Position numbers and translations under genes: made by a program | NCBI GenBank assembly: GCA_964342675.1 | Contig: CAYFFR010000002.1 | Location: forward strand, 1-62,760 | Direction of reading: 5' to 3' | DNA length: 62,760 bases | From: an uncultured Gammaproteobacteria bacterium | GTDB lineage: Bacteria; Pseudomonadota; Gammaproteobacteria; Magnimaribacterales; D2472 | In this document: positions 20,302 to 30,717 of the stretch, piece after piece | How the letters are laid out: each line of letters starts with the position of its first letter | Numbering within the stretch: position 1 is the first letter of the stretch | The notes under the pieces: model-generated | Told to the model about the DNA's origin: nothing | Seen by the model: only the letters and a program-made list of their open reading frames with translations | Databases searched by the model: none

Positions 20302-21201
20302 ATGAATATTACAGAATCTCTTGTTGATGATATTAAAAATAGTCCTTCTTGGTTCAAAAGCTCTATACGGTCTAAGGCTATTGTAAAAAATACAACAACA
20401 AAAGGACAGGCAGTATCTTATCAATGCTGGAATAATGGTCATACAGAAAATATATTGTTATTGATCCATGGCACTGGTGCCCACAAGAAATGGTGGGACC
20501 CTATAGCACCTTTGATAAGTTTTAGGGGTCAGATCATTGCTTTAGATATGCCGGGTATGGGAGATTCAGATCACCGAACAGAATATAGTTTTGAAATCCT
20601 CATGCATGCTGTTAAATCAATTTTAAAAGAGGAAGGTCTTTTAAAATCAAAAATTGCTTTAGTTGGTCATTCTTTAGGGGGTCACCTTGCAGGTTTCATA
20701 GCTAGTGAGTTAAAACAATTAAATATTGTGAACTTTACTATGATCGATACACCGCTTCGACCGCCTACTTATGATTATAAGAAACACATTAGTGCGGGTC
20801 CTTTAAGAAAGATTAAGTTTTATAAATCTAAAACTGAAATCTTAAATCGCTTTAGGTTATTGCCTCCACAAGAATGCAACAATGACTGGTACCTTCGATA
20901 TATTGCTGAATATTCAATAAAGCATACTTCTAAAGGTTGGAGATGGAAATTTGACGATACATTATTTCATTCATTAAAGAGGTTGCATGGTTATGAGTTT
21001 AAATTTTCATGTCCTGCATTGTTTATTGCTGGTGGTAAAAGCTTACTACTGGGGTCAAATATAATGAAATACATGAGAGAGGCCTTTCAGGATAAAATGC
21101 GTTTTATTACCGTAAAGGAAGGAGGTCATCATCTTTTATTGGATGAGCCTTTAGAGCTGGTAGATATTTTAAATACAGAATTAAAAAAATGGTTCAGATA
21201 A
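20302..21201 (+). CDS. alpha/beta-fold hydrolase
   Basis: Nucleophile elbow GHSLGG, oxyanion region LLIHGTGAH and C-terminal GGHHLLLDEP. The start is moved to the ATG at 20302 because the first 42 codons of the ORF are antisense to the NUDIX gene. Confidence 0.8.
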   Translation: MNITESLVDDIKNSPSWFKSSIRSKAIVKNTTTKGQAVSYQCWNNGHTENILLLIHGTGAHKKWWDPIAPLISFRGQIIALDMPGMGDSDHRTEYSFEILMHAVKSILKEEGLLKSKIALVGHSLGGHLAGFIASELKQLNIVNFTMIDTPLRPPTYDYKKHISAGPLRKIKFYKSKTEILNRFRLLPPQECNNDWYLRYIAEYSIKHTSKGWRWKFDDTLFHSLKRLHGYEFKFSCPALFIAGGKSLLLGSNIMKYMREAFQDKMRFITVKEGGHHLLLDEPLELVDILNTELKKWFR

Positions 21202-22298
21202 GGATATTGATTCCAAGACTATTTAAATTGCTTGTAATAGGTATCTTGATACTAATAGCAGTTATATGCATCTCAATAATACGTTACCTACAAATTGAAC
21301 CGCTTGAGCCTCTTGAAGATTGTATTAGCAATAATGAAATGGAGGTTATCTGTGAGTTTCTAAACCCAGAAGATCTTGCAATAACTCCAGATGAAGAATA
21401 CTTTATTGTCTCTGAATATGGTGGTCAATCTCCAATTCAAGAAGTAACCCCTGGAAATCTTAGCTTATTCCATATCCCGACTAGAACAAAAAAATTTCTT
21501 CCTATTGAATACAGTTTAAATACATGGGGGGATGTTAATTGCTTGAGAGACCCACAAGATGAAATAGGTCCACATGGAATAGATTTAGCTCAAAGAGATG
21601 ATGGCTCTATACAGCTTGCGGTAGTTAGTCACCTGCCCAACGAACGCGTAGAAATGTTTGAGTTAGTTAAAAATAATGGTTCTTGGAGCCTAATATGGAG
21701 GGGTTGCGTTTCAACTGATGAAAAATACTATCTAAATGATGTTAGTCTTACTAAGTCTGGATCATTTTTTGCATCTCATATGTTTGATATTAACCTCTCA
21801 TTAAGTGAGTGGTTGTTTAGTTATTTTTTTAAGTTTGATACTGGATTTATTATCTCATGGAACAGTGAAGACGGATTTAATGAGTTATCAAAAACGGCTG
21901 GCTCCTACCCAAATGGAATAATGCTTGATAGAGAAAAGAACAATTTGACAGTAAATTATAATCTTGGTGATGAGACGCTATTATTTGATTTAAATACAAT
22001 GGAAATCATTGGCAAATTTAAAGCTAATTCTCCTGATAATGTTGTGTTGCGTGAAAATCATATATGGGTTGTTTCACATAATTACAATATCTTTGATTAT
22101 CAGAAATGTGGCAATAATATAAATTGTACTCTCCCATGGTCTGTTACACAGTTAGATAGGAATGATTTATCCGTGATTAAGACTTATTCTTTTAAAAGTA
22201 AAAATATGGGTGTTGGAACTGTGGGCTTTAAAGTTAAAGATGAGTTGTGGCTAGGATCATTCAGATCTAATAGAATTGCTGTACACAAACTCCAGTAA
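21189..22298 (+). CDS. membrane-anchored paraoxonase/arylesterase (PON)-like six-bladed beta-propeller, putative lactonase
   Basis: N-terminal TM helix. Blocks resemble PON1 by eye: NPEDLAITPDEEYFIVSEYG, GPHGIDLAQRDDGSIQLAVVSHLPNERVEMFELV, LNDVSLTKSGSFFASHMF, YPNGIMLDREKNNLTVN, SPDNVVLRENHIWVVSH, GTVGFKVKDELWLGSF. Confidence 0.55.
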   Translation: MVQIRILIPRLFKLLVIGILILIAVICISIIRYLQIEPLEPLEDCISNNEMEVICEFLNPEDLAITPDEEYFIVSEYGGQSPIQEVTPGNLSLFHIPTRTKKFLPIEYSLNTWGDVNCLRDPQDEIGPHGIDLAQRDDGSIQLAVVSHLPNERVEMFELVKNNGSWSLIWRGCVSTDEKYYLNDVSLTKSGSFFASHMFDINLSLSEWLFSYFFKFDTGFIISWNSEDGFNELSKTAGSYPNGIMLDREKNNLTVNYNLGDETLLFDLNTMEIIGKFKANSPDNVVLRENHIWVVSHNYNIFDYQKCGNNINCTLPWSVTQLDRNDLSVIKTYSFKSKNMGVGTVGFKVKDELWLGSFRSNRIAVHKLQ

Positions 22299-22300
22299 AA

Positions 22301-23764
22301 GTGATTAATGCATACTTGCCTAAACAAGTTCAAGACTTTGAATTAAGTATCTTTTTGTCAAAAGGCGATGATTATAAATTAATGCAAAAAGCTGCTAAAC
22401 AATCATCTGACTGGATATCAAACAACTATCGTTCTAGAGAATGTTTGATTCTAAATGGCCCTGGGAATAATGGTGGTGATGGGTATCATATTGGCCATAA
22501 TCTTAGAAAGAATGGCTTTAAAGTTTATTATCTTGATGTCTTAAAAAGAAATAAATCAATTCTATGTCAACAGGCTTTTGATGAGTGTGTTAATTCGAAT
22601 TTAATATCCTTAGATTTTATGGAAAAACTTAGCAAAAAGGATGTTTTAATTATTGATGCAATCTTTGGAATTGGCGGGAGAGAAAATCTATCTAAAGAAG
22701 TTGAAGGCCTGCTGATACTAGCTAACCAATTTGAAAACAAAATTGCTATTGATACTCCTACAGGCTTAAATGCAGAAAGTGGTAAATATAATTTAAATAC
22801 ATTCAAAGCAAACCATACCATTACATTTATAGCTAAAAAAATAGGTCAATTACGAAGAGGAATGTCGCGGTTCACTGGTAAAATAGTCTTAAAGAAATTA
22901 GACCTAAATATTGAATCCATGAACAAGCCAGCATGCAAATTTTTTCGATATAAAGATATAACAAAAAAATTACCTAAGCGTGCTCAAGAATCTCATAAAG
23001 GAATTTTTGGTAAGGTTGCTGTAGTAGGCGGAGATCTCGGTTATGGTGGTGCAGGTATTCTTGCTGCTGAAACTGCTCTTTCAGCTGGTGCAGGCTTGGT
23101 AAAGTTACTGACTAGAAAAGAATATGTTGCTCCAGCGCTTTCTAGGTCTCCTGAATTAATGGTAATTGGAACAGACAATGCTCAAGAAGCTGAAGAAGAT
23201 CTTGCATGGGCTGACGTTGTAATTTGTGGTCCGGGTTTTTCAGATAAATATTGGTCACGACAGTGCCTCTTGAAGTTACTGATTAATCCAAATATTAATA
23301 ATCAAACAATCATTCTAGATGCCGGTGCATTAAGACTATTGCCAGAGAAGAGTTACAAAAACAGGCTACCTAAGAATTTAATTCTTACTCCTCATCCTGG
23401 AGAAGCGTCTTCACTGTTAGATCTAAAAACGAGAGATGTCCAAAAGGATAGAATCAAGACAGCAAAAGATATTAAGAAACTGTATGGTGGTACCATTATT
23501 CTTAAAGGTCATGAAACAGTTATCCTAGATGAAGATGCATACATCTGCAGTGATGGGTCGCCTGCATTAGCTGTGCCAGGTTCAGGTGATATGTTATGTG
23601 GTCTTTTAGGTGCATTAATTGCGAATGGAATGAGCAACTTAGACTCTTCATTGGCTGCGGTAGCAGTGCATGCAAAATCTGGTGATGATTATTCTAATGA
23701 TATTGGAAGTATCGGCTTAACCTCAAAGAAATTAATGGATTTGATCATAAGAAATCTCAACTAA
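22301..23764 (+). CDS. nnr: bifunctional NAD(P)H-hydrate epimerase / ADP-dependent dehydratase
   Basis: YjeF_N domain (NGPGNNGGDGY) fused to a carbohydrate-kinase-like domain (HKGIFGKVAVVGG, GSGDMLCG). GTG start. The nnr-tsaE-amiB order is conserved. Confidence 0.9.
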   Translation: MINAYLPKQVQDFELSIFLSKGDDYKLMQKAAKQSSDWISNNYRSRECLILNGPGNNGGDGYHIGHNLRKNGFKVYYLDVLKRNKSILCQQAFDECVNSNLISLDFMEKLSKKDVLIIDAIFGIGGRENLSKEVEGLLILANQFENKIAIDTPTGLNAESGKYNLNTFKANHTITFIAKKIGQLRRGMSRFTGKIVLKKLDLNIESMNKPACKFFRYKDITKKLPKRAQESHKGIFGKVAVVGGDLGYGGAGILAAETALSAGAGLVKLLTRKEYVAPALSRSPELMVIGTDNAQEAEEDLAWADVVICGPGFSDKYWSRQCLLKLLINPNINNQTIILDAGALRLLPEKSYKNRLPKNLILTPHPGEASSLLDLKTRDVQKDRIKTAKDIKKLYGGTIILKGHETVILDEDAYICSDGSPALAVPGSGDMLCGLLGALIANGMSNLDSSLAAVAVHAKSGDDYSNDIGSIGLTSKKLMDLIIRNLN

Positions 23765-23776
23765 AAGAACTTAAAA

Positions 23777-24238
23777 ATGGAAATAAATCTCAAGAATGAG
23801 AATGCAACCACTGAATTTGGTAACTATTTAGGCAAATTAATCCAAAAGATTGAAGAGCCTAACATAGAGATTCATTTAAAGGGCAATCTAGGGTCTGGAA
23901 AGACTTATCTTGTTAAAAAGGTTATTAATTGTCTTGGATGGAAAGGAAATGTAACGAGCCCAACATACAACATTTGTAAAGAATATAATTTGGAGCGATT
24001 TCTTTGCCTGCATGTTGATTTGTATAGAATATCATCGCCTGAAGATATACATCTTTTGGACCTAGATAGAATGATAAACAAATCAAAGATAGTGTTTGTC
24101 GAATGGCCTGAAAAACTAAAAGGAACAAGGGATCCTAATATATTAATTGAAATTAATTACAAAGAAGTTGGTAGGCTGTTAAGATTAAGCTCTTCGTTTG
24201 AAGATATTAAAAAGAAAATAAAGAAAAAGTATGCTTAA
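23777..24238 (+). CDS. tsaE: tRNA t6A biosynthesis ATPase TsaE
   Basis: 153 aa with P-loop GNLGSGKTYLVK, SPTYNI, HVDLYR and VEWPE motifs. Confidence 0.9.
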   Translation: MEINLKNENATTEFGNYLGKLIQKIEEPNIEIHLKGNLGSGKTYLVKKVINCLGWKGNVTSPTYNICKEYNLERFLCLHVDLYRISSPEDIHLLDLDRMINKSKIVFVEWPEKLKGTRDPNILIEINYKEVGRLLRLSSSFEDIKKKIKKKYA

Positions 24239-25475
24239 GCAATTTATTGTATTAAACATTGCCCTACTAATAAGCACTGGAATTTCATCAAATACAGTCG
24301 CCTTTGAAGAGGTGCAGTCATCTAAGAATGGTTTAATAAAAATAATCTTTAGAATGGATAAGGTGGTGATGCTCGATGTGTACTCTGAAGATAATCCATC
24401 AAAAATTATAATGAATTTAAAGGATGTTAATTTAATTAGTCCTATAAATGCTGAAGGCAATAATCCTATTACAAGCATTCAATCTTCTAATAATGGTAAC
24501 TTAACAACAATCAATATTAACCTCTCAAGTAAAGTCTATTGGAAGAAGCCGATACAAATTAAATCAGATGATCATGTAAAACTAATTTTAGAAATAAAAA
24601 AAGATAGAAAAATCAAAGCAAATACTAGAGATATCTTGATTGCAATCGATGCGGGTCATGGTGGCAAAGACCCGGGTGCTGTAGGAAAAAACATTGTTGA
24701 AAAAGATATAACGCTAATGATTGCAAAGGAGCTTGAAAGAACTTTAATGAATACAAACGGCTTTAGTCCCATCATGATTAGGAAGTCTGATGAATTTATA
24801 CAACTAGATGACAGGTATAAAATTGCAAGAAGAATGGGGGCAGATATTCTAGTCTCACTTCATGCTGATGCATTCAAATTAACCAGGGTGAAGGGTGCCT
24901 CTGTTTATGTTTGGGCGAAAGAACCTTCATCGGTCACGGCTAAAAACTTAACCAGGAGTAAATCAAGAGTGGCTGCACTCGATGCTCAAGATTTTGATGA
25001 AGATGCGGCAAGAAATGTCTATATAGAAGAATATCAAAACAAGATAGATAATAGCACTAGGCTTGCAAAATATATTTTATCTGAACTTAAGAAAGATCCA
25101 TTTACGCATATGCATAAACCTGCAATCGAATATGCAGATTTTAGAGTACTAAAGTCTATAGATATACCTTCAGTACTAATTGAATCAGGTTTCATATCTA
25201 ATCCAGAAGATGCAAAAAGACTGTCCGACAAACCTGGGAGAAGAATGATTGCTAGAGGAATATTCCTTGGAATAGTAAAGTATTTATTAGAAACACCAAT
25301 TAACAACACAATCATGAGTGATCGTCCAAAGCACTTGACTTATGAAATACAAAAGGGTGATGTTATCTCTGAAATTGCAATTCGGTTTGGGGTAACGGCT
25401 GATAACTTAATTGAATGGAATAATCTAAATAATAAAAAAATCTATCCTGGTCAAAAGATAAAAATCTTTATTTAA
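24231..25475 (+). CDS. amiB: N-acetylmuramoyl-L-alanine amidase with AMIN and C-terminal LysM domains
   Basis: Signal or anchor sequence, an AMIN-like N-domain, the Amidase_3 core (IDAGHGGKDPGA, SLHADA, ESGFISN) and a C-terminal LysM (YEIQKGDVISEIAIRFGV...YPGQKIKI). Confidence 0.9.
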   Translation: MLKQFIVLNIALLISTGISSNTVAFEEVQSSKNGLIKIIFRMDKVVMLDVYSEDNPSKIIMNLKDVNLISPINAEGNNPITSIQSSNNGNLTTININLSSKVYWKKPIQIKSDDHVKLILEIKKDRKIKANTRDILIAIDAGHGGKDPGAVGKNIVEKDITLMIAKELERTLMNTNGFSPIMIRKSDEFIQLDDRYKIARRMGADILVSLHADAFKLTRVKGASVYVWAKEPSSVTAKNLTRSKSRVAALDAQDFDEDAARNVYIEEYQNKIDNSTRLAKYILSELKKDPFTHMHKPAIEYADFRVLKSIDIPSVLIESGFISNPEDAKRLSDKPGRRMIARGIFLGIVKYLLETPINNTIMSDRPKHLTYEIQKGDVISEIAIRFGVTADNLIEWNNLNNKKIYPGQKIKIFI

Positions 25476-26339
25476 ATGAATAATCTAACAAATAAAGTCA
25501 TAGTAATAACAGGAGCAACAAACGGAATAGGAAAAGCAGCTATATTAAAGCTTGCTGAACAAAATCCAAAAATAATTTTTACTTATAGGAATAAAGGTTT
25601 AGGCAGTCAACTAAAAGATGAATTAATAAAAATTAATCCTAAAATTAATATAAAAAAATATTTTTGTGATTTCTCAAATCAGCGCTCTATTAGAGAATGC
25701 TCAGAGGAAATTAATAATCAATGTGCAAATATTGACATCTTAATCAATAATGCTGGCGTGGTTAATACTGAATTCAAATTGACCAAAGATGGTATAGAAA
25801 ATACATTCGCAATTAATCATATAGGGTACTTCTTATTCACAAATCTAATTTTAGATAAGATAAAGAATTCAAAAGATGGAAGGATCATAAATGTTGCTTC
25901 CGCAGCTCATCATTTTGTTAAAGGCATGAATTGGGATGATTTAAACTATAAAGAGAATTTTAAAATGGGTTTTAAAGCATATGGCCAATCAAAACTTGCA
26001 AACATATTGTTTACTAAGCATTTAGCAAGAAAACTTGGTCATGATGATATAAAAGTCAATGCTATACATCCTGGTGGAGTAAATACTGCTCTAGGAAGCC
26101 AGAATAAATCTATATTTGGTAAGATACTTAAGGTACTTTTAAAACCATTTTTTAGGTCTCCTTTAAAAGGAGCAGAAAGTATTATCTACTTGGCAACTAA
26201 AGAAAGGTTGGAAGAAAGTGGAGCATATTTTTTTGACAGTAAAATTATCAAGACCTCTAAATCCTCTCAAGATGAAATAGAAGCTAAAAAACTCTGGGAA
26301 GTATCAGAGAGGCTAGTAAATCAAAACTTTATGATTTAA
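25476..26339 (+). CDS. short-chain dehydrogenase/reductase (retinol-dehydrogenase-like)
   Basis: TGATNGIGKA cofactor loop, NNAG, and the catalytic YGQSK motif. Confidence 0.85.
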   Translation: MNNLTNKVIVITGATNGIGKAAILKLAEQNPKIIFTYRNKGLGSQLKDELIKINPKINIKKYFCDFSNQRSIRECSEEINNQCANIDILINNAGVVNTEFKLTKDGIENTFAINHIGYFLFTNLILDKIKNSKDGRIINVASAAHHFVKGMNWDDLNYKENFKMGFKAYGQSKLANILFTKHLARKLGHDDIKVNAIHPGGVNTALGSQNKSIFGKILKVLLKPFFRSPLKGAESIIYLATKERLEESGAYFFDSKIIKTSKSSQDEIEAKKLWEVSERLVNQNFMI

Positions 26340-28304
26340 CTAAAAATCCAGTGGGTCAACATCTAGCCTCCATTGAGTCCTTAAAGACACCTTAAGTTCG
26401 CTGATGTTGTTATTAATCTGATCTAATGTCTGATGAAGAATCTTCTTAGAGTTTGATTGAATTAAAATATGATGATGAAATTTTCCTCTTGATTTTGGTA
26501 TTGCCGAAGCCATTGGTCCTAAAACAATGGTTTCCTTTCCGCTAACATTTGAGATGGCAGATTCTAAGAACTTTATATTCCTATTAATGCTAACTGAGGC
26601 TGATTTAAGAAGGGCTTGATGAATAAATGGAGGTAAATTAAGTTTTTTTCTTTCTTCTAAGATAAATTTAGAAAATGCTAAATAATCACCGTCTTTTAAT
26701 AAATTAAGGTGCCTGTCTTTAGGATGTCTAGACTGGACTAAAACATTAGAGACTCCATCTAGCCTGCCAGCTCTCCCTGTAACTTGAATAAGTTGTTGAG
26801 CTAAATCTTCAATTGCATAAGGGTTTAGGCTTGTTAAGCCTCTATCTGCATTAACAACTATTACAAGTTCTATGTTGGGGAAATCATGTCCCTTGATTAA
26901 CATTTGTGTGCCAACTATTACGCCAGAGCTTATAGATTTAATCCTTTGAATGATTTTCTCTAAAGATCCAGTTTTTTTAGTGGAGTCCCTATCGAATCTT
27001 AAAATATTATCTAAATCAGTATCCCTAGTTAGCCCTAATTGAATTCTTTCAGTCCCCAAACCTAGTGCGCTTAATTGTAATGAATTACATTCTGGGCATT
27101 GAGGAGGTATGCCATATGCAGCATTACAACGATGACATATAAGCCTTTTATCTATCTGATGAAACACCATATTAGTTTCACAATGATTACAAAGGGCGGT
27201 CCATCCACATTGTTCACACGAAAACTCAGGGGCATAACCTCTTCTATTGAGAAAAATCATAACTTGTTTATTTTTCTTTAAGGTTTTTTGAATTGCTAAT
27301 AAAGCAATATCGGATAGACCTTCTTTTAGTTGGGATGTTGAAATATCACAAATAGTAAATTTTGGAGGTTTTGTTTTAGCAATTCTGTTCTGTAACAAAA
27401 TCAATTGGTACTTTTTAAGTTGGGTATTGAGAATAGATCTTAACGAAGGTGTCGCTGATCCCAATAGAATCGGTATATTAAGTAGTTGTGCTTTCTTGAT
27501 TGCTACATCTCTAGCTGAATAAGTGAGTCCCGTAGTTTGTTTATAAGATCTATCATGCTCTTCATCTACAATAATCATCCCTAAGTTCTTTAATGGATTC
27601 ATTAATGACGATCTGGTACCAATAATAATATCCTTCATTCCATTCTTAGCTTCCCACCAAGTCTTTAATCGCTTTGCCGGTGAAATGCCTGAATGATATA
27701 GACCAAATCGATCTCCAAATATTTTCTTTATTTCATCACTCATTTGAGGTATCAAAGCTATCTCAGGCACCAATAGCAAAACGCTGTTGCCCCTATCAAT
27801 TTGATCAGCAATAGCTCTAATATATATTTCAGTCTTACCTGAACCAGTAACACCAAAAAGTAATACTGGGTTGAAGCCCTTAAGCCTAATAATCCTATCT
27901 ACTGCATGTTTTTGTTCTTGAGTAAGTTTTTTTGTTAGCTTATATGCATTATTGCTTAATCGATGTTCAACATTTGCTAGCCTTGTCATAGGACTCAATT
28001 TCTTTAGTTTCGAAGGAATAAAGGAATCTATAACTTGGCCTATGGGATAATGGTAATAATCAGAGATCCATTTAAAGATATTTAAATCATTTTTAGAGAA
28101 AATATTACTCTCATCTAAAATGTCTTCTATGGTTAAGGTATTAAATTTAGGTTGATTGGTCTTTTCTATGACAATTCCAACTCTACTCTTATTTTTAAAG
28201 TTTATTTTTACTCTAGAACCCAAGTCTATCTTTCTAGAGGAATGGTAAATAAAGAGCTGGTCGACAGAGATTGGTATACTGACATTGTAAAAAAATTTAG
28301 TCAT
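26340..28304 (-). CDS. priA: primosomal replication restart helicase PriA
   Basis: 654 aa with Walker A GVTGSGKTE, DEEHD and a four-CxxC zinc-binding insert (CEQCG...CNHCE...CHRCN...CPECN). It is divergent from rpmE, the classic arrangement. Confidence 0.95.
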   Translation of the reverse strand: MTKFFYNVSIPISVDQLFIYHSSRKIDLGSRVKINFKNKSRVGIVIEKTNQPKFNTLTIEDILDESNIFSKNDLNIFKWISDYYHYPIGQVIDSFIPSKLKKLSPMTRLANVEHRLSNNAYKLTKKLTQEQKHAVDRIIRLKGFNPVLLFGVTGSGKTEIYIRAIADQIDRGNSVLLLVPEIALIPQMSDEIKKIFGDRFGLYHSGISPAKRLKTWWEAKNGMKDIIIGTRSSLMNPLKNLGMIIVDEEHDRSYKQTTGLTYSARDVAIKKAQLLNIPILLGSATPSLRSILNTQLKKYQLILLQNRIAKTKPPKFTICDISTSQLKEGLSDIALLAIQKTLKKNKQVMIFLNRRGYAPEFSCEQCGWTALCNHCETNMVFHQIDKRLICHRCNAAYGIPPQCPECNSLQLSALGLGTERIQLGLTRDTDLDNILRFDRDSTKKTGSLEKIIQRIKSISSGVIVGTQMLIKGHDFPNIELVIVVNADRGLTSLNPYAIEDLAQQLIQVTGRAGRLDGVSNVLVQSRHPKDRHLNLLKDGDYLAFSKFILEERKKLNLPPFIHQALLKSASVSINRNIKFLESAISNVSGKETIVLGPMASAIPKSRGKFHHHILIQSNSKKILHQTLDQINNNISELKVSLRTQWRLDVDPLDF

Positions 28305-28366
28305 TAAGATATTTGTAAACCTTGTTCAATTTGTTATAGTTCTCATCCTTAAATATTAATTTTATT

Positions 28367-28573
28367 ATGAAAGAAGGCATTCATCCGAATTATCAAGAGA
28401 TAAAAGCAACGTGTTCTTGTGGAAATACCTTTAATGTCATGACCACTCTCTCTGAAGATTTATCATTAGATGTTTGCTCAAAATGCCATCCCTTTTTTAC
28501 GGGCACACAAAAGATAGTTGACACAGGTGGAAGAGTCCAAAGGTTTGAGAAACGCTTTGGTAAGAAAAAGTAG
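28367..28573 (+). CDS. rpmE: 50S ribosomal protein L31 (zinc-binding type A)
   Basis: 68 aa with MKEGIHPNY, a CSCG...[10 protein letters not shown] cysteine pattern and a C-terminal RFEKRFG. Confidence 0.95.
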   Translation: MKEGIHPNYQEIKATCSCGNTFNVMTTLSEDLSLDVCSKCHPFFTGTQKIVDTGGRVQRFEKRFGKKK

Positions 28574-28581
28574 GTTTTAGC

Positions 28582-29034
28582 CTAGTCAGTTCCGCTACTC
28601 CCAAAGCCTTTGGTGCCCCTAGAAGTCGAACTAAATTCATCAACTACTTCGAAGTCAATTTGCCGAACTGGAATTACTACCATTTGTGCTATTCTTGATC
28701 CTGGTATGATTTCATAATCTTCACTAGATCTATTCCAGATTGGCACTTGAAGCTCACCTTGATAATCTGAATCTATTAATCCAACCAGATTACCCATAAC
28801 AATGCCGTGCTTAAAGCCCAAGCCACTTCTTGGAATAATAATTGCAGCATAATCCTTATTCTCAATATATATTGATATACCTAAAGGTATTAATTCTGAT
28901 TGATTTGGTTTTAAGTTGATAGAAGAATCTATACAGGCTCTAAGATCCATTCCAGCTGAACCCGGAGTAGAGTACTCTGGAAGTCCTATTTTATCCCTCA
29001 TTAAGGGATTAAGTATCTTTAATTTTATTTTCAT
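28582..29034 (-). CDS. dut: dUTP diphosphatase
   Basis: 150 aa with [25 protein letters not shown] and C-terminal [10 protein letters not shown] motifs. Confidence 0.95.
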   Translation of the reverse strand: MKIKLKILNPLMRDKIGLPEYSTPGSAGMDLRACIDSSINLKPNQSELIPLGISIYIENKDYAAIIIPRSGLGFKHGIVMGNLVGLIDSDYQGELQVPIWNRSSEDYEIIPGSRIAQMVVIPVRQIDFEVVDEFSSTSRGTKGFGSSGTD

Positions 29035-29037
29035 TGC

Positions 29038-29541
29038 TTATAGTTCTTTGGGCCGAATAAACTTTTCTAAAGAGTTAGATCTCTTATCAATATTACACCA
29101 TTCGGTTTTAATTTTTATATGAGCAAATGCACAGGTGGGAAAGTTCCCTAAGCTTTCATCTGTGAGATATTCAACTAAATATTGCATGGTTGGATTGTGG
29201 CCAATTAAGAGTATGTTTTCATGGGTGTCTCCATTAGTACTTAATAAATTTAATACATCATTGATGTCTGCATGATATAAGTCATCAGTAATATGCATGT
29301 TATGCTTCATATGTGTGTCGCTTAATACTAAATCAGCTGTTTCTAGGGTTCTTTTGCTGGAGCTACAAAAAATTCTATCAAAACTAGTGTCTAATAAATG
29401 ATCTGCTAATTTTAAAGAGTCTTGGATTCCTCTCTTTGCAAGAGGTCTATCATGGTCACTTAAGAAAGAGTTATCCCAGCTTGACTTAGCATGTCTCAAT
29501 AAAAATAAATTATTCATGTTTAAATTGTATCTTGCCATCAA
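29038..29541 (-). CDS. histidine phosphatase superfamily protein (SixA-like)
   Basis: The RHG-type motif LLRHAKS comes early and GHNP late. About 160 aa. The start may be the Met at 29517 rather than 29541. Confidence 0.7.
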   Translation of the reverse strand: MMARYNLNMNNLFLLRHAKSSWDNSFLSDHDRPLAKRGIQDSLKLADHLLDTSFDRIFCSSSKRTLETADLVLSDTHMKHNMHITDDLYHADINDVLNLLSTNGDTHENILLIGHNPTMQYLVEYLTDESLGNFPTCAFAHIKIKTEWCNIDKRSNSLEKFIRPKEL

Positions 29542-29569
29542 ACCTTATGTAATTTAAAATCGCCAACCT

Positions 29570-29806
29570 ATGAGCAAAGTATGTCAAGTAACCGGTAAAA
29601 TGCCGCAGGCTGGAAACCATGTTTCCCACGCCAATAACAGGGTCAAAAGGAAGTTTCTGCCTAATCTTCATACCCATAGGTTTTGGGTAGAATCAGAAAA
29701 TAGGTTTGTATCTCTAAAGATTTCTACAAAGGGCATGAGGATCATTGATAAAAAAGGCATAGATGCTGTTCTCAAAGATATTCGTGCGCGTGGCGAAAAA
29801 GTTTAA
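29570..29806 (+). CDS. rpmB: 50S ribosomal protein L28
   Basis: 78 aa beginning [10 protein letters not shown]...[19 protein letters not shown], canonical for L28. Confidence 0.95.
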   Translation: MSKVCQVTGKMPQAGNHVSHANNRVKRKFLPNLHTHRFWVESENRFVSLKISTKGMRIIDKKGIDAVLKDIRARGEKV

Positions 29807-30684
29807 TAGATAACTGCTTTATTGAATTCTTGGGGTCCACCCAAAGTATCTCTATCACTCTTAGGCTTGCTGCCGTCTTCATTAGTAATACCTAGTTCTG
29901 CACCAATCTCTGCAGCTATAAGAGTCTTACCTGAAAGCTTCATCTTATTATCCATTTCAAAGATTCCTTTGATAACCTTTCCAGCAAAGAGTTGTGACGC
30001 TGCACCTTTTAAAAACTCAGCATAATGTTCGCCATGCTGTGCGCTAACTTTTGCTGTCTTTTCATCTTTAACAATTCCAGACCATAGAGAAATAGAGCAT
30101 ACCTGAAACTCCTTTAGGTCATGAGCCATATCAAATGCCATCTTGTCTACCCCAGCTTTTTGAGCTCCATATATTGGTCCGTGCATGTAACAAGATGCTC
30201 CATGAGAAGATATTTGAACAATCAAAGATTCTGGGTTCTTAATCATAAGTGGAGCTAATGCGTGAGATAATAGATAGTTTGAACGCAATCCTACGTCTAC
30301 TATTGACCATAAATTAACTGATTTCTCCCAAAATGGTTTTGGTTGCACTAAGTCATCATGTATCTGACAGGCGGAGTGAACTAAGATATCCAATCTACCA
30401 TACTTTTTTTCTACATATTTTGCTAAACCCTCAATTTCATCTGTTTTATTTAAATCCACGACATATGCATCAGCATCAATATTGTCTTGGTTAATATTTT
30501 TAACTGTATCCTCTAAGCTGCTTGATAGTTCAAAACCAAATTGATGAACCTGAGTACCTGATGCCAGGCTTCGTGCTGCACAAATTACAACATCACCAGG
30601 ACTTCCAATACCTTCTGCAATACCCTTTCCAACACCTCTGCTTGCTCCTGTAACTAAGATAATTTTTTTAGAATTTTTGCTCAT
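29803..30684 (-). CDS. short-chain dehydrogenase/reductase
   Basis: [11 protein letters not shown] cofactor loop and a catalytic YGAQK motif. Its stop overlaps the rpmB stop by 4 nt (convergent). Confidence 0.8.
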   Translation of the reverse strand: MSKNSKKIILVTGASRGVGKGIAEGIGSPGDVVICAARSLASGTQVHQFGFELSSSLEDTVKNINQDNIDADAYVVDLNKTDEIEGLAKYVEKKYGRLDILVHSACQIHDDLVQPKPFWEKSVNLWSIVDVGLRSNYLLSHALAPLMIKNPESLIVQISSHGASCYMHGPIYGAQKAGVDKMAFDMAHDLKEFQVCSISLWSGIVKDEKTAKVSAQHGEHYAEFLKGAASQLFAGKVIKGIFEMDNKMKLSGKTLIAAEIGAELGITNEDGSKPKSDRDTLGGPQEFNKAVIY

Positions 30685-30717
30685 TGATATTTTTCCTTAA
30701 TGTAAAATTGATTCTAT

